A stretch of DNA of 64,000 nucleotides from Marsupella aquatica (GCA_973895155.1 OZ316896.1:10365525-10429524), one strand, 5' to 3'. Positions 36,638 to 51,369 are shown, counted from the first letter of the stretch. Program-made: numbers and translations. The notes: a model not told the origin generated them from the letters alone.

Positions 36638-39600
36638 GGGAGAACTAGATAAAAAATATTCCTAGGCACACCAGGGAATATCTCAATACATCTGAAAAAC
36701 TCTGTAAGTTTTACACACTATTGTTTTTCCAGTTATTTGTTAAGTGTGGTGGGAAAATGTTAAATCGCCCTCAGATCCATTAGCACGGGACGCTTGGGAT
36801 GAGATACGAGTAGTCGCAAAGTGAACTTGCGAGCCCTGGCATTTGCTCCAGTTGACCGTTCACTCATTGGGTCTGTGGTACTTGGGCCACAGTTCCTCCA
36901 ATATCTTCGGTTTCTTCCTTTGACCTTCCCTTCCTTTCTTCACGACAATCTACTGTGGTTATAAAGATTATATAGGGATACAGGAGTAAGAATTGTAATT
37001 TGCCTACGCCCACGATCTGTAGTGTGCAGGTTTCCCTGGCTCCTGGAATGGTACTCCTTGTTGTGAATTTGCCAATCTTCCTTTTTCGGAAGCGCAGAGC
37101 TCATTTACTCAGTTGACTACCTTGTCGTTGCTATCCCTCGATCCGTCGAAGAACCGACAGCTATAATACGATGTCCAAGGTGCTGAATATTACGAGCACT
37201 GATCTACCGAGCCCGATCAACCCTCCAGTGCCACTGCATGTTGATTCATCATCATCCAGCGATTTTCTGGATTTCAACCATGAACACAAGGAGACTGAAT
37301 CTGCATTATATCACATTCTTTCTAGATACTAACCATGTCTGGAACCCTTCATTGAAGAACTTCACGGCCATCTGATTCCCTGTACAGATCATTTACTTCT
37401 GCCAAGAACGTACCGGTTCAATACCTTGCCTTGACCAGTACATATCTTTAATAAGAAATTAGTAAACTGTGCAATATATTGCAGTTCTCTGTGTTTTATC
37501 CGACCCAAAATGTAGTGAACGATTAAGAAGGTTATTTGCAGATGATTTCCATCTCTGTCATAAAAGCTAGCTTTCTAGGTACACAAGGAGGTTCCCTTCC
37601 GCCCTAAGTTACAGGGGCACACACGAGTTTTGCCCACCATGTACGAGGCACTAGTCTACATATTAGTCACAATGGGTGAGTTGTCGATCTATGCTGGACC
37701 TCAGAGCTCCACATACTCGAGCTTTGTTCCATGGCGGGTTCATCTCCCGAGCCAGTGTCGATGTCGAGATGACTTCTGATCACATGGTAAATTCCAAGAG
37801 TACCCGAAAGGATCACACTGTATTACTTGGAGAAAACTAAGGAAAGGTAGAAGGGTTTGCTAGGCGCCCAACACATTTTGATCTGGATGCAGTTGACAAC
37901 CAGCTGCACTGGAGTGATTCGTCCCCAATCCAGTGTAATCCCGCCCTAAAGAAGTTCTATGTCCTCTAACCCGCCAAACAATTCCATGGTCTCATCTTCA
38001 GTATCGGTAGCCTCTGCCCTTTGATGTTGCTGCTGCTCTTGCTGACGATGTGTTGCGTTGGCGTCCACAACATCCTCACGTTGTATTTCTGGCAATTGCA
38101 ACGGCATGCTGAAGTCACGATACTCCAGCTCAGTCAAACCGGGGGAGAAGCACCTTCCTTTCGGCACCAGAGCGTTGTATCTACAGATTAGCATCTGCAG
38201 GCCTTCGATACATGAGTTTAGAACCGAGACTTTGTCAGCCTTGCGATTAAAAGGGGTGGGAAAACCCGTTAACTCGAAATGGACAGCGTTCAAGCCCTCC
38301 TTGATTCGCTTTCGACGAATCTGTTCTGCAATTCTATGGGCTTCAGCAGTCCGACTTCTTTTGCCGGTGCTGGGTTGTTCTTAACTGGGTTCTGGAAGCC
38401 CATCCTTGCTCTCCCCATCGTGTGACCCCGCAGCATCGGGGACCTGCTCGTGTTGCATCGTTTTGCCCTTCAAAGCCAGACGACGTGACATACTCCCGTC
38501 GTCGCTGGTCTGCATCCAGAACGGCTTCGTTAGTGTTCGAGCTCCAAGATGCTCCAACTGACAGTGCGCAAATTGTGCTAGACGAAAACAATTGATTCAG
38601 TATTGCATGCGCAATGTGTATTCAATTTTCGCCAAAGGAAAGGAAACATGAAGGCCACGAACAGTCGAGTCCCGCAGAGAAGGAGAACGAGGGCGCAGAT
38701 ACAAACATCCCAGGCGCGTTACCCTCGCAGTGAGTGGCAAGTTAAATAGTGAAATAGACCGCACGCGAGACTTGGAACTCCCGTTCTACTTCGATCGCTT
38801 CTCCTCTCCTGCAGCTAGCGGTCTGGTCGGGCTGGCTCCCCTCCCGTCAGAATTTTCTTCTGTCCTCTTGGATCGGCAGAGAGATCAGATCTTCGCTCTG
38901 CGCTACTGAAAACTTATGAAGCACCGAGAGTTCCTTGTTGTTGATGTTGTATCTAGTGTAGGAGCTCAAGGGTGTCGTTGGTACTTATATCTGCATGGTA
39001 AAAGAATGGTACTCCAGTTCGGTGAAGTCTCGGAAGCACCAGCTTTCATGCATCAGACTGATATTTGAACAATCAGCAACGCAGTCCCCTTATGTAGTGC
39101 AAATTTGTGCTTTTCGCGCTCCCGAGCTATTGTTGAACGAACGGGTGCCAGTAGGCCACGCGTATAATTGCTAATTTTGACCAGTGGCCCCGTCAGCCTA
39201 GTTCTCTTGCTAATGTTGAAAGGGGGTCCATGCCCCCTGACTCTAGTACTCTTGCTAATTTTAACACCAAGAACCCTCGATTAATGTATAGCCCGAACTT
39301 ATACATGGTATATATGGAGTGGTCTGATGAGGCAACGGTGAGCGGACAGATTTGGAAACTGGGACCAACAAAGCTGCAACACCAACGAATCTATTCTTGA
39401 GACCCCTGACTACGGCAGGATGGGTCCTGAGCTCCTACTTGACTCAACGAACCAGCTCAAGATCTAAGAATTGCAACGCTAGTTGCGTAAGCTAGAAGCT
39501 AGCTAACTTTGTGCGAACCGCATTGGAACGCTAATTGTGTCAGCAAGAAGCTAACTTTGTGCAACGTAGTCGCAGATTTGTTGAGCAACTTGTGTCGCTG

Positions 39601-40013
39601 CGCAGATTCAGCATCTCTTGTGGAGGTAATTAGTCACTATTATCTTCATTCTAATTAGACATCTGAAGACTGCAATGATATATCTGTATGTTTCTGGCGC
39701 TACGTGCTTCTCGGGACGCACAATTGACTCTACACATCTGATTTAGGAAATATGCGTAGTTGCCAGGTACTCTCTGTAGGTGACCCCCGCTCTTTACTCT
39801 ACCTTAAGCTCGTTCTTGTCTTTGTGACATATATATATTCGTTCTAGAGTTCTCGACATTCGTTCTCAGCTTGTCGACATTCTTTGCACGCCTTGCATTC
39901 AGTTGCACTAATCCTGACAGAGGTCTTGTTCCCAAGACATAACTCGGAGTTGCTCGAGTGTATCCCATTTTGTGTAAACAAACGTGAGTATCGCGTCCAG
40001 GAAAACAACAGGA
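36638..40013 (+). repeat. Segmental duplication, copy 1 (direct repeat of about 47004-50374)
   Basis: Long near-identical stretches from GGGAGAACTAGATAAA to GAAAACAACAGGA, with internal indels. Confidence 0.9.
37946..38557 (-). pseudogene. bHLH gene copy with premature stop
   Basis: Near-identical to 48365-48976, but CAA>TAA at 38381-38383 falls before the basic region. Confidence 0.85.
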
Positions 40014-42192
40014 ACTTCTGTAAACGTAGATTTAGTTTCTACTGTAGCCGCCCCTGCTGATCGAAGTCTCATTGATTTGTAATTGTATTGTTCGAGCAGT
40101 TTGTGGCTTGTTTTGCGGAAATATTGTCGTTTGTTTCAATCAAATTGGCCAGATCTGCTGAGCTTCGAACCAGTTTGAGCGAAGGTTTGCATCTTGTCTG
40201 CACGTCGCACGTTGGTACTATTCGATAGAACAGCTGATGAATGCGCAGCGTTGTAAAAAGTTTAGTAAATGGCTAGATTTAATGGACGCTGGCCTTAGAA
40301 TCCTAGAATGAAGATCATTGTGGGACTTTGGGGGAACTTTTGTGTGGATCAGAAGTAGCGGAGGAAGCTATGCTGAAACTCGAAAATTCTTGTGACCTTC
40401 CCAATCTGAAGAAGAGAAGGATGAAGAAGGATATGATTAGCTACAGAGCTGTGCAATCACACAGTTATACTAATAGGAGTAATTCTAAATCACTCTGTGA
40501 AATGGAAATAGGTGGGCAATTAATCCTTAAAATGATTGCGGAGCAAACGGTGAGTGGAGTACGTGTCTCTTTACCTTTTATTACTGGATGAATATATGGA
40601 GTGCCGGGGAAAAACATGGAGCTCTAGAGCAAACAATTCACGAAGTATGCTCTAGCTAGAAACACTAGAAACATAGCCAGGGGTGGAACAACACACCACC
40701 TCGACGTCGCGTTCCTTAGGGTGTATGCCTTGCACTTCCGCGAAAGTCTCTCATCAGGGGGACATTCGACCAAGGCGAAGTGGCTCTTTGGTTTCTTCCA
40801 AACTTGAAACCGCGATTTCCCGAGTCTTACTGCATCCTTCTCTGTTAAAACTGGATTCTCCTCCATTAGAAGGTTGATGAGTTCTGGCTTACCCAAGCCC
40901 TTTCCATGGCGCACATGTGGAAATTTAGCCCCATTACTTAAAATTTGTGCTGGAGATCAGCAATATCTACTGGTGGTACTTTCACATTTAATAAAGATTC
41001 TGGAATAATTTATTATTCTCATGCAACTTAAGGGCGTCCCAATCGTAATATCAATTGAGTAGATCCATACCTCGTAACTTCTTGCATCATTGAAGAGCCT
41101 CGCCGCTTTTTCCATGGCAGCTATGATTAATTCCTTGTCAGGCCTAGTTTCGAGAAAGAAGGGACTGAATGTGAATGTACTGTAGGAATGGAGTATAAAC
41201 CAAGTGGGCATCCAGCTTCAATTGCGAAGCTCCAGTTTGCAAACTCTTCCATGTACTCTAAGTCTATAGTGAGCTTGCATCGTGCAGAACTGAATCACGG
41301 TAGAATTTGAGGTCAGATGCTCGAAGAAGATTTATCAGGTCGATCAGATCTGCACCCGCAACTTTAGATATCTCCGGAACACTGTTGAGACTCCCGTCCT
41401 TTTTACAGGTGGAAAATACCCGGGTGACATTTCAACCATCACTATTATGACATATACAACCGATAGCAAAGTCTAGTTTAAACATTCCAATACTGCTTCA
41501 GAGACTACCTCAGCACGATGGATTGCAACCAAGTGGTGGGATCTCATAAATGTTGTCACCAGATTCTTGAGATATCAGGAACTAATCTAAAAGCGTCCAA
41601 GTCTGTCAACAAAATGTCCCGTCTGGGGTCGATCTACATAGCTATATATTTCTAGGACCGCTTTTTTTTCCCTTAGTTCTTTATGGCACTGAATTTAACT
41701 AGTACTTGGCCCACCTCATATACCCACCAACTCTGCCCCGCAGCTGGGTCCCGAGACTCAACCAGTTTCTGGACTTGATCAACTGTCAATCCTTGGCTCA
41801 ATTGGAAGGGGGCCCATAGGGGAGGCATGCCACTGTTTTGCCACGTACTTTTATCAAGGCTATCAAGTGGCCAAACACTCGAAAAAATGAATGAAAGGGC
41901 TAAATAAATATCAGAGTAAACGGGGTGAGAAGAGTGAGGACCGATCATGACCACTCAGGAGCCATAAAGAGTGTCACCCAAAATATGGACGGATGGCCTC
42001 TCAATTGGGGTGGTATAGAAACTTGTCTAAAATTAATCAAGCGGGGCTAAAACTATCTGAGTGAGAGTGCGTGAGAAGATAGAAGATCAACCCTACAGTC
42101 AAAACACATCAGTATCTGAGAACAAAGTCAGGGGCCCACTGAAAGCAAACTAGGATCGTCATTCTCAATGCAAAGCATTATGCGCGGCTGCC

Positions 42193-42590
42193 TTCTTGTG
42201 AAGGCAAGGTACTTTGCCCAAAATGCCTGATTCAAGGGCCTAAGTTACATCCAACCCCGTCCATTGCACATTTCACAACTGATCCTTAATAGATCTCATC
42301 AACAGAGCGTGATTTCAAGTCACTTCGAATCCAGCTTCAAGTGAAGACAAGCACAAGTTAGACTCAATCAGCCCATATATGCTTTTCTTATTTCTTGTGA
42401 AGGCAAGGTACTTTGCCCAAAACGCCTGATTCAAGGGTCTAAGTTACATCCAACCCCGTCCATTGCACATTTCACAACTGATCCTTGTATAGATCTCATC
42501 AACAGAGCGTAATTTCAAGTCACTTCGAATCCAGCTTCAAGTGAAGACAAGGACAAGTTGGACTCAATCAGGCCATATATGCTTTTCTCA
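42193..42590. repeat. 199-bp tandem duplication
   Basis: TTCTTGTGAAGGCAAGGTACTTTGCCC...GCTTTTCT occurs at 42193 and 42392. Confidence 0.9.
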
Positions 42591-45059
42591 TTTCTTTCTC
42601 AAACAGTTTGCCGAAGTCCATATTAACCATTTTGAATTTAAATTTTAGTCTAGCTTTGCCCCTTGTTTCCTGGATATAAACGTACCAACACCATGAGGGA
42701 ACCTAATCTGTAGAGACTGGCGTGGACCCCCCTTGATTTGACGACTTCTTCAAGGCCATTTGCTTCCTTGTGCAAATAATATACTTTTGCAAACCACTGG
42801 TTCAATTCCTTGCCTTGGGAATCTTCAATAAGAAATTTAAATACTGTCCAATCCCAGTTCTGTGTGTTTTATCCTACCTTGAATGTAGCTAATGATTAAG
42901 GGGGGTTATTTCTATTTGATTTCCATATCTGTCATAAATGCTTTGTACCAAAAGAGGTTCCCTCCCTCCTCAAGTTGCCAGGACAAGTAAGTTTTGCCCA
43001 AAATGCGTCACTCATAAACATATTTGATTCACAATATTGCAAAGAAACTACAAAAACTTGCCCATGCTATATAGTCAATCCAAGTGACAAGAAAGACATA
43101 CTCCACATTCCACAAAAGGCACAAAGCACCAGACCCCACATTGCGGGGAAGTCACAAAACCAAACAATCTAAAACATGAAAGACCAAGGCCAGAAAAGCA
43201 CAATAGTCGGGGTCAAGTTTATGGTGTCAAGTATAAGTCCTAAATCCAACGGAGCACTATTAAAACCAAAAGGCCAACCTCAGACAAACCAAGTTCAATT
43301 TAAGTCATATAATGCCAACCATTAACTCTATACTCCCAGTGGGCAGCCAAAAGAAAATTAAAATAGCTAGCCACCCCCCGACCCTAAGCTCATTGTCAAT
43401 TGGTCGCAAGCAGAGATTCAAGAGCACCCGTCCTTCACTCTGTCACTGAGCACCCCAAATCAGCACTTTGGTCTACAGAATCTATTGCACCAATATCAAT
43501 ACTTCTGTCTACTCAAGAGCTAAATGTCCCAAGCAAAACCAGAAAAAAAGCACTTTCAGCCAATCAAGAGTCAATCCTATAATGTGCAAGTTCAAACAGC
43601 ATGGCTGAATGGCAGCAACAAAACAATGACTTGTTGGTGTCCCGTCTAAGGGCAAGGAAAACAAGTGCACTGTGCAGTACGTACTAGTAAAGCACTTAGA
43701 GGAAAGATATGGCAAAACAGAGGAGAAGCGAAAAGGGCGGTGGCATCAACATACCTTTCATCCATGCGGGAACTGTCATTCCACGGCCTCGGCAAGCCCC
43801 TGGGCCATGCTGCTGCTGAGGAGGAATGCCGGCATTCACAAGGCCCCACCGCTTCCCTCCAAAGAAGAACAAGCATTCCTGAAGTTTAAACTGAAGCTTT
43901 AGACTACTGATTTTCTTTTGCCTTGGACCGCCAAAATTTCCACTGGGATGTCAATATCCACCAGATCTCGGCCACGGTTGTTTAGCGAAAGCGTAAAGTG
44001 AGATATCTGGTTTTCCTCTAATAGATAACCCTGACAATTTGCAGTATCTGTAAGTCAGTAAACATCCAAGAACCTCCGCACAAAATGCAAAGGGAGTTCT
44101 GAACTTAATTAGGGTTGAAAGAAACTAACTCTTTCGAGCAAGACATAGATGTCGGCATAAATGAAACATTACGCTGCTAGGATTGCAGTGTGTGAATTTC
44201 ACTTGAACCTGCAGGATCTCCCCCCCCCCCCCCCCCCCCTTGTACACAAATGGTTACTTTGCACTGTCAACTTTGGCAGCTAAATCAGAAAGGGCCAGTT
44301 GCGTTGCAATAGCAGGACTCACCAGCCATGGAATTATAGAACCATGCTAGGTAGATGAATGGTTGATGCAGCTGGAGCACATCCTCAAAGGTGTCCAGCT
44401 CCCGTAGGGAGAGGTAGATTGCAAAAGCTCATGGTGATTTTCATAAGTAAGCTGCACTGGACATTATCAGCCTAGCTAGGATTTGACTAAAACCCAAGAC
44501 AGACCCATCATTTGATGGACTGAAAAGCCAAATTAAAAAGTGAGATACAATGATTTAGTGAGTTGTCAATGACCATTTGTTGGTAACATGTATTAAACAG
44601 AAACTTGCCTGACTAGCATATTATTTGTGTTTTGACTTGGACAAACACACCTAATGAAGTTTATTATTTCTTTGTGGGCCTTCAAAAAAGGTGGTAGATT
44701 TAGTTTGTGGTTACAGTGCAACCAAGTTCTGGTTCCAATTTCTGAATTTGGGTTTTGATCCCTTCCAAAAGTTATAAGACTATTCTTATTAAGCTTAAGT
44801 CTGTATTTGGGATGTATTTCCTCACCAAGCCCTTGTTGTGGTGACCTATTTCTTTGCAATTGTGGTCAAGGATCTATGACCAAAAAACCAATTAATGGGG
44901 GCAAATGAGAGGAAGCACACCCAGAGAAAAAAGGAGGACCCTCCCTTCCAGACTGCCGGAGAGAGGGGCTAGTCAAAGATGGCAGGAGAGAGCCAAACAA
45001 AACCAGATGGTAGAGAGTACCTATGGCAGACCACCCTTTTAATGACCTGTTTTTGAAAG

Positions 45060-45945
45060 TGGGTCAAATGGCCAGCAAGGGGTGGCCATTTAATTTATGA
45101 GAGAGTAAAAAATTTTGCCAATGAGGTGGCCCCATTTTCTGAGTATTAAAGTGTCCAGCCATGGGGAGCGGCCCATTTATGAGAGTGTTAAATCAGGCCA
45201 ATGAGGTGGCCCAGTTTTGTGAGTGTTAAAATATCCGCCCTCATATTTGTCATAATTGTTTATCCTATATATAGCCCACCAATGGGGTTCGCCCATTTTT
45301 AAAGCCTCGAAAATAGGGCCAATGGTTTTGAAAGTGTTAAAATATGGGGGCAATGGGAAGGCCCCATATAAATATTAATGTATTTTCTTATATCTGACCC
45401 GGTGGCCCCCCATTTTTGACAGTGTTCAATTCAAGTGACTATTGCTACATCTGACCAATGGGGTGACCCATTTTTTAGAGCCTTCAAATCTATGGCCAAT
45501 GGGATGACCCAGTTTTTAGAGCCTTAACATGTCTGGCAATTGGGATGGCCCTATGTTCCACAGTGTCAATAGGGTGGTCCTATTTGACGGTGTTCAATCT
45601 CTAGCTCTGACCAATGAGGTGGCCCATTTTTGAATGCCTTCAAATGTCTGGCAAATGGGATAGTCCTTGAAAACTGTGAAAATTCCTACCTGTGTCCCAA
45701 TATTTGAGAACATTGCTCGTTGTTTTGTGGGTATATCCCATTTTTTAGAGCCCTAACATGTCCGGCCAATGGGATGACCCATATTTGACAGTGTTGAATT
45801 TTTCCGCTATGTCTGCCAAGAATGATTAAGAGTAACTATAACTGTTCTGTCAAATAAAAGTGCTCACTACATATTGTGCCAATTGTGACCCATATTTGAT
45901 AGCGTTAATTTATTTTGTTGGATGTGCGAATGGGATGGCCTTACT
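45060..45945. repeat. Degenerate array of a CCAATG(A/G)G(G/A)TG(G/A)CCCA(T/G)TTT motif
   Basis: More than a dozen variants, often spaced about 40 bp apart. Confidence 0.7.
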
Positions 45946-47003
45946 CTTCAAATTGTTCAAATAACTCTACATATTGAACCAACATATAGGTGGTCATTCA
46001 CAGCCTCTATACTTAACAAAGGCTTTTGGTAATTTGGCCATGGCCCTATATTCTATAATGTTGAGATATTCAATGAATGGGGGAAACCAGCTCCTCAAGT
46101 TTGCTTATTCAACTGCTTGCCATATCCATCTAGCAAATTTGGGGCAAAATGTAAAATTAAATTGCTCTAAATAAAACCCTCAACTAATTCACATTCGTGA
46201 CATATGGCAAGAATGATAAACATAGTATGTGTATGGTGCTAAATGAACACATTACCTGTGTTGAGGTGACGTCCCTTGAAAATGATTTTGAGAGAATGAG
46301 ACTTGATATTGAAATTTTATAAACTTTAATTTAGATGACATCAGCATTTGTGATTTCAGATGTTTTATTGTCTGATGTCACACTCTGATGTAGTGTGACA
46401 TCAGTGAGCCTGGCTTTGTAACATTTTTGGAAAACTAGTGTTTGAGATTGATGGTAATTATGAGACTTTGGTGAACAGTTTCATGTTATGGAGGTTTTCA
46501 CAAAATCATGGTAAAATTCAAGCAAAAAGTGAATAGTATAAGGAAAAGTATGGAAATTTTGATAAAATATATGAAAATACTGGTTGCAACATATTGCATT
46601 CCCTATATATATAAAGGAAATTGCTAGTTGCTGATAAATCAACAGTTTCACGGGAGGGTTGTTTGGGTCTCGGTAGGTGTAGTAGGAGACAAGCTTACAC
46701 TTTTTTTGAATTAAACCATGGCTATGCCATAGCCAAAATGGAGATTGCTAAGGAAATCAAGGAACAAAATATGATCAACCCAAGGTAACAGTGGAATTTT
46801 CATGATTGAATTTTGACTTTGGATTTCCGGCCAACTTCTTTTTCCCCTGACAAATATTGGCCACTTTAGGCTAAAATTGACAAAATTGACACATAGCCAC
46901 TTACTCTATTAAACCACACCTGCTCATAAAAATGCCCCGGGATACAGCTCATTCCATTTTGTGGTGAAGGGATCTAGGGAAATCTGATTATCACAAATTT
47001 ACT

Positions 47004-50000
47004 GGGAGAACTAGATAAAGAATCTTCCTAGCTAGCCACACCTGGAAAATCTAAATAAATACTAAAATTTGTGTAAGCTTTACACACTGTTGTTTTTCCA
47101 GTTATTTGTTAAATGTGCTCGGGTAATGTCAAAACGCCGTGAAAAAAAGAAAAGAAAAAAAAGACTTCTCTCTTTGGTCCAATTCATTGGGTACAGTCAT
47201 ATGAGTAGATTACCTTCGCAACATCCACCCTGGTCCAATCCACTACCAAATTGATAGTTAGCATGTATCTAGTACTTTTGGAAGGTAAAATTTTGACTTC
47301 GTCCCTTACATACAAAATTAGTCGGTAAGTACTATCAAATTTAATGGACGTGCATACTAATGAAAAGTCAGTGACATTCTTATCTTCGGGGAATTCAATG
47401 TTGCCGAAATGGTGCTTGCAATCGATGGGCCTTATTTCGACAGCTCCCGTATGCGTGTTCATTTCCGATAGATCCACTAGCACAAATTCTTGGGACGCTT
47501 GGGATGAAATACGAATAGTCGCAGTGAAAGTGAGCTAGCTTGCGAGCCCTGGCATTTGTTCCAGTTGACCGTTCACTCGTTGGGTCTGTGGTGCTTGGGC
47601 CACAGTTCCTCCAATACCTTCGGTTTCTTTCTTTGACTTTCCCTTCCTTATTTCACGACAACTAGTTATAAAGATTAGGGATACAGGAGGAAGAATTGTA
47701 ATTTGCCTAAGTCCACGATCTGTAGTTTGCAGGTCTCCCTTGGCAGTGAAGGGCCCTGCAATGGTACTCCTTGTTGTGAACTTGCCAATCTCCTGGCGTG
47801 CGGAAGCGAGTTCCTGTACGCAGTTTACTACCTTCTCGGTGCTATCCCTCGGTCAAAGAACCGACACCTATAATACGATGTCCAAGGTGCTGAATATTAC
47901 GATCGAGCACTGCATCTACCGAGCCCGATCAACCGAATGTAGCGAAGGATTAAGAAGTTTATTTGTAGATGATTTCCATCTCTGTAATAAAATGCTAGCA
48001 TTGTACACAAGGAGGTTCCCCCCCGCCCTAAGTTACAGGGGCACACACGAGTTTTGCCCGCCATGTGGCACAATTATATCGCGAAGAGTCTACAGTGGGT
48101 GAGTTGTCTGTGCTGGACCTGAGAGCTCCACATACTCGAGCTTTGTTCCATCGCGGGTTAATCTCCCGAGCCAGTGTCGATGTCGAGATGACTTCTGACC
48201 ACATGGTAAATTCCAAGAGTACCCGAAAGGATCACACTGTATTACTTGGAGAAAACTAAGGAAAGGTAGAAGGGTTTGCTAGGCGCCCAACACATTTTGA
48301 TCTGGATGCAGTTGACAACCAGCTGCACTGGAGTGATTCGTCCCCAATCCAGTGTAATCCCGCCCTAAAGAAGTTCTATGTCCTCTAAACCGCCAAACAA
48401 TTCCATGGTCTCATCTTCAGTATCGTTAGCCTCAGCCGTTTGATGTTGCTGCTGCTCTTGCTGACGATGTGTTGCGTTGGCGTCAACAACATCCTCACGT
48501 TGTATTTCTGGCAATTGCAACGGCATGCTGAAGTCACGATACTCCAGCTCAGTGAAGCCGGGGGAGAAGTACCTTCCTTTCGGCACCAGAGCGTTGTATC
48601 TACAGATTAGCATCTGCAGGCCTTCGATACATGAGTTTAGAACCGAGACTTTGTCAGCCTTGCGATTAAAAGGGGTGGGAAAACCCGTTAACTCGAAATG
48701 GACAGCGTTCAAGCACTCCTTGATTCGCTTTCGACGCTTCTGTTCTGCAATTCTATGGGCTTCAGCAGTCCGACTTCTTTTGCCGGTGCTGGGTTGTTCT
48801 TGACTGGGTTCTGGAAGCCCATCCTTGCTCTCCCCATCGTGTGACCCCGCGGCATCGGGGACCTGCTCGTGTTGCATCGTTTTGCCCTTCAAAGCCAGAC
48901 GACGCGACATACTCCCGTCGTCGCTGGTCTGCATCCAGAACGGCTTCGTTGGTGTTCGAGCTCCAAGATGCTCCAACTGACAGTGCGCAAATTGTGCTAG
49001 ACGAAATCAATTGATTCAGTATTGCATGCGCAATGTGTATTCAATTTTCGCCAAAGGAAAGGAAACATGAAGGCCACGAACAGTCGAGTCCCGCAGAGAG
49101 GGAGAACGAAGGCGCAGATACAAACATCCCAGGCGCGTTACCCTCGCAGTGAGTGGCAAGTTAAATAGTGAAATAGACCGCACGCGAGACTTGGAACTCC
49201 CGTTCTACTTCGATCGCTTCTCCTCTCCTGCAGCTAGCGGTCTGGTCGGGCTGGCTCCCCTCCCGTCAGAATTTTCTTCTGTCCTCTTGGATCGGCAGAG
49301 ATATCAGCTCTTCGCTCTGCGCTACTGAAAACTTATGAAGCACCGAGAGTTCCTTGTTGTTGATGTTGTATAGTGTAGGAGCTCAAGGGTGTCGTTGGTA
49401 CTTATATCTGCATGGTAAAAGAATGGTACTCCAGTTCGGTGAAGTCTCGGAAGCACCAGCTTTCATGCATCAGACTGATATTTGAACAATCAGCAACGCA
49501 GTCCCCTTATGTAGTGCAAATTTGTGCTTTTCACGCTCCCGAGCTATTGTTGAACGAACGGGTGCCAGTAGGCCACGCGTATAATTGCTAATTTTGACCA
49601 GTGGCCCCGTCAGCCTAGTACTCTTGGTAATGTTGAAAGGGGGTCCATGCCCCCTGACTCTAGTACTCTTGCTAATTTTAACACCAAGAACCCTCGATTA
49701 ATATATAGCCCGAACTTATACATGGGATATATGGAGTTGGTCCTGATGGGGCAACCGTGAGCGGACAGATTTGGAAACTGGGACCAACAAAGCTGCAACA
49801 TCAACGAATCCAATCTTGAGACCCCTGACGAGGGCAGGATGGGTCCTCCTACTTCGACTCAACGAACCAACTCAAGATCTAAGAATTGCAACGCTAGTTG
49901 AGTAAGCTAGAAGCTATCTTTGTGCGACGTACGTACTCGCAGGTTTGTTGAGTAACTTGTGTCGCTGCGCAGATTCAGCATCTCTTGTGGAGGTAATTTT

Positions 50001-50374
50001 TTCTATTCTCTTCATCCCCATTGGACATCTGAAGACTGAGATGATTGCATCTTTCTGGCGCTACGTACTTCTCGGGACGCACAATTTTACTCTACACTGT
50101 ATCTGATTTAGGAAAAATGCGTAGTTGCCAGGTACTCTTTGTAGGGGGGCCCCGCTCTTTACTCTACCTTAAGCTCGTTCTTGTCTTTTTGACATATTTT
50201 CGTTCTAGAGTTCTCGACATTCGTTCTTGGCTTTTCGACATTCTTTGCACGCCTTGCATTCAGTTGCACTAATCCTGACAGCGGTCTTGTTCCCAAGACA
50301 TAACTCGGAGTTGCTCGAGTGTATCCCATTTTGTTTAAAGAAACGTGAGTATCGCGTCCAGGAAAACAACAGGA
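47004..50374 (+). repeat. Segmental duplication, copy 2
   Basis: Direct repeat of 36638-40013. Confidence 0.9.
48365..48976 (-). CDS. Divergent bHLH transcription factor with PIF/subfamily VII-like basic region
   Basis: KRSRTAEAHRIAEQKRRKRIKECLNAV...KADKVSVLNSCIEGLQML resembles RSRAAEVHNLSERRRRDRINE...KTDKASMLDEAIEYLK. The ORF-track TTG start follows a splice acceptor, so the first ATG is at 48934. Confidence 0.8.
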   Translation of the reverse strand: MEHLGARTPTKPFWMQTSDDGSMSRRLALKGKTMQHEQVPDAAGSHDGESKDGLPEPSQEQPSTGKRSRTAEAHRIAEQKRRKRIKECLNAVHFELTGFPTPFNRKADKVSVLNSCIEGLQMLICRYNALVPKGRYFSPGFTELEYRDFSMPLQLPEIQREDVVDANATHRQQEQQQHQTAEANDTEDETMELFGGLEDIELL

Positions 50375-51369
50375 TCCTCTCTCTGGTCCAATTGTATCTG
50401 GCTCTTTTGTATATGGTTTAAGTTTGACGTCCTCCCTGACATGCGAAACTACCCGGTGAGTAACGTTAAATTAAATTTAATGAACATGTATGCATACTGA
50501 TGAAAAGTCAGTGTCTAACCTTCAGTCTACTGATGAAAAGTCAGTTTCATGTTGCAGCAACTTAGTTGCTTGTAGTCGATGCCTGGGCCTTATTCCGACG
50601 TCTCCTGTACAAACCAATGAGTGTTTATTGTGACGGATCCATCTCTAGAAACAACCCTGGGGGCGATTGGCATGGGATGAGATACAAATACGCGCAATAA
50701 AAGGGAGAGCGGCTAATTGTGTTTTGGAGTGGGACAATTGATCTCTGGGTAAGTGAAATCAGCCCAGTTAACGTCCCTTTGTCTTGAGACACAAGCCATA
50801 GGGTCGTCTTTTGTGGACTGCAGTATCCTTGGCCTGAATATCTTGTGGTGTGCTCAATGCAGGCGTCGGACTCGCTACGGAGTCTCACCCACGGTATGAT
50901 ATGTGTCCCAAGCTACGTGCTCAGTGGTACTCGATCATTCTAAGGATCGCAAACCAGATCGAAACTGCGTCTTCTGGGAAGCATCCGATTTGTTTGAGCT
51001 TCTTGAGGTTATCTTCCATTTTCTCTTTGCCCTTTGCATCACGAAGACACGGACATTCTGCTGGAGTCGTGTGGTCTGGAGAATAGCTTCGTTGCTGTTG
51101 AAGCTTTCGTTTCCAGGTTTTCAAATCTGTCCGCGCGCTCACACCATTTGCACACGATAGAAGAGTAGGGGGTACGTTATCGAGGGTTCTGGGCTGGTGT
51201 TAAAAATAGCAAGAGTACTAGCTAACGGGCCATGGACCCGCTTCTAGAACTAGCAAGAGTACTAGGCTGACCGGCATGGGGATCCTTTGTGGCTGCTGTT
51301 AAAATTAGCAACAAACTAGTGACAGGGCCATGGGGCCTGAGTGCCCGTTCTCTGAACGAAAGCTCATCA

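Noticed and set aside
45826-45846. GTAACTATAAC, resembling an LSU rRNA/I-CeuI site
   Set aside because: Only about 11 nt match, with no flanking rRNA similarity.
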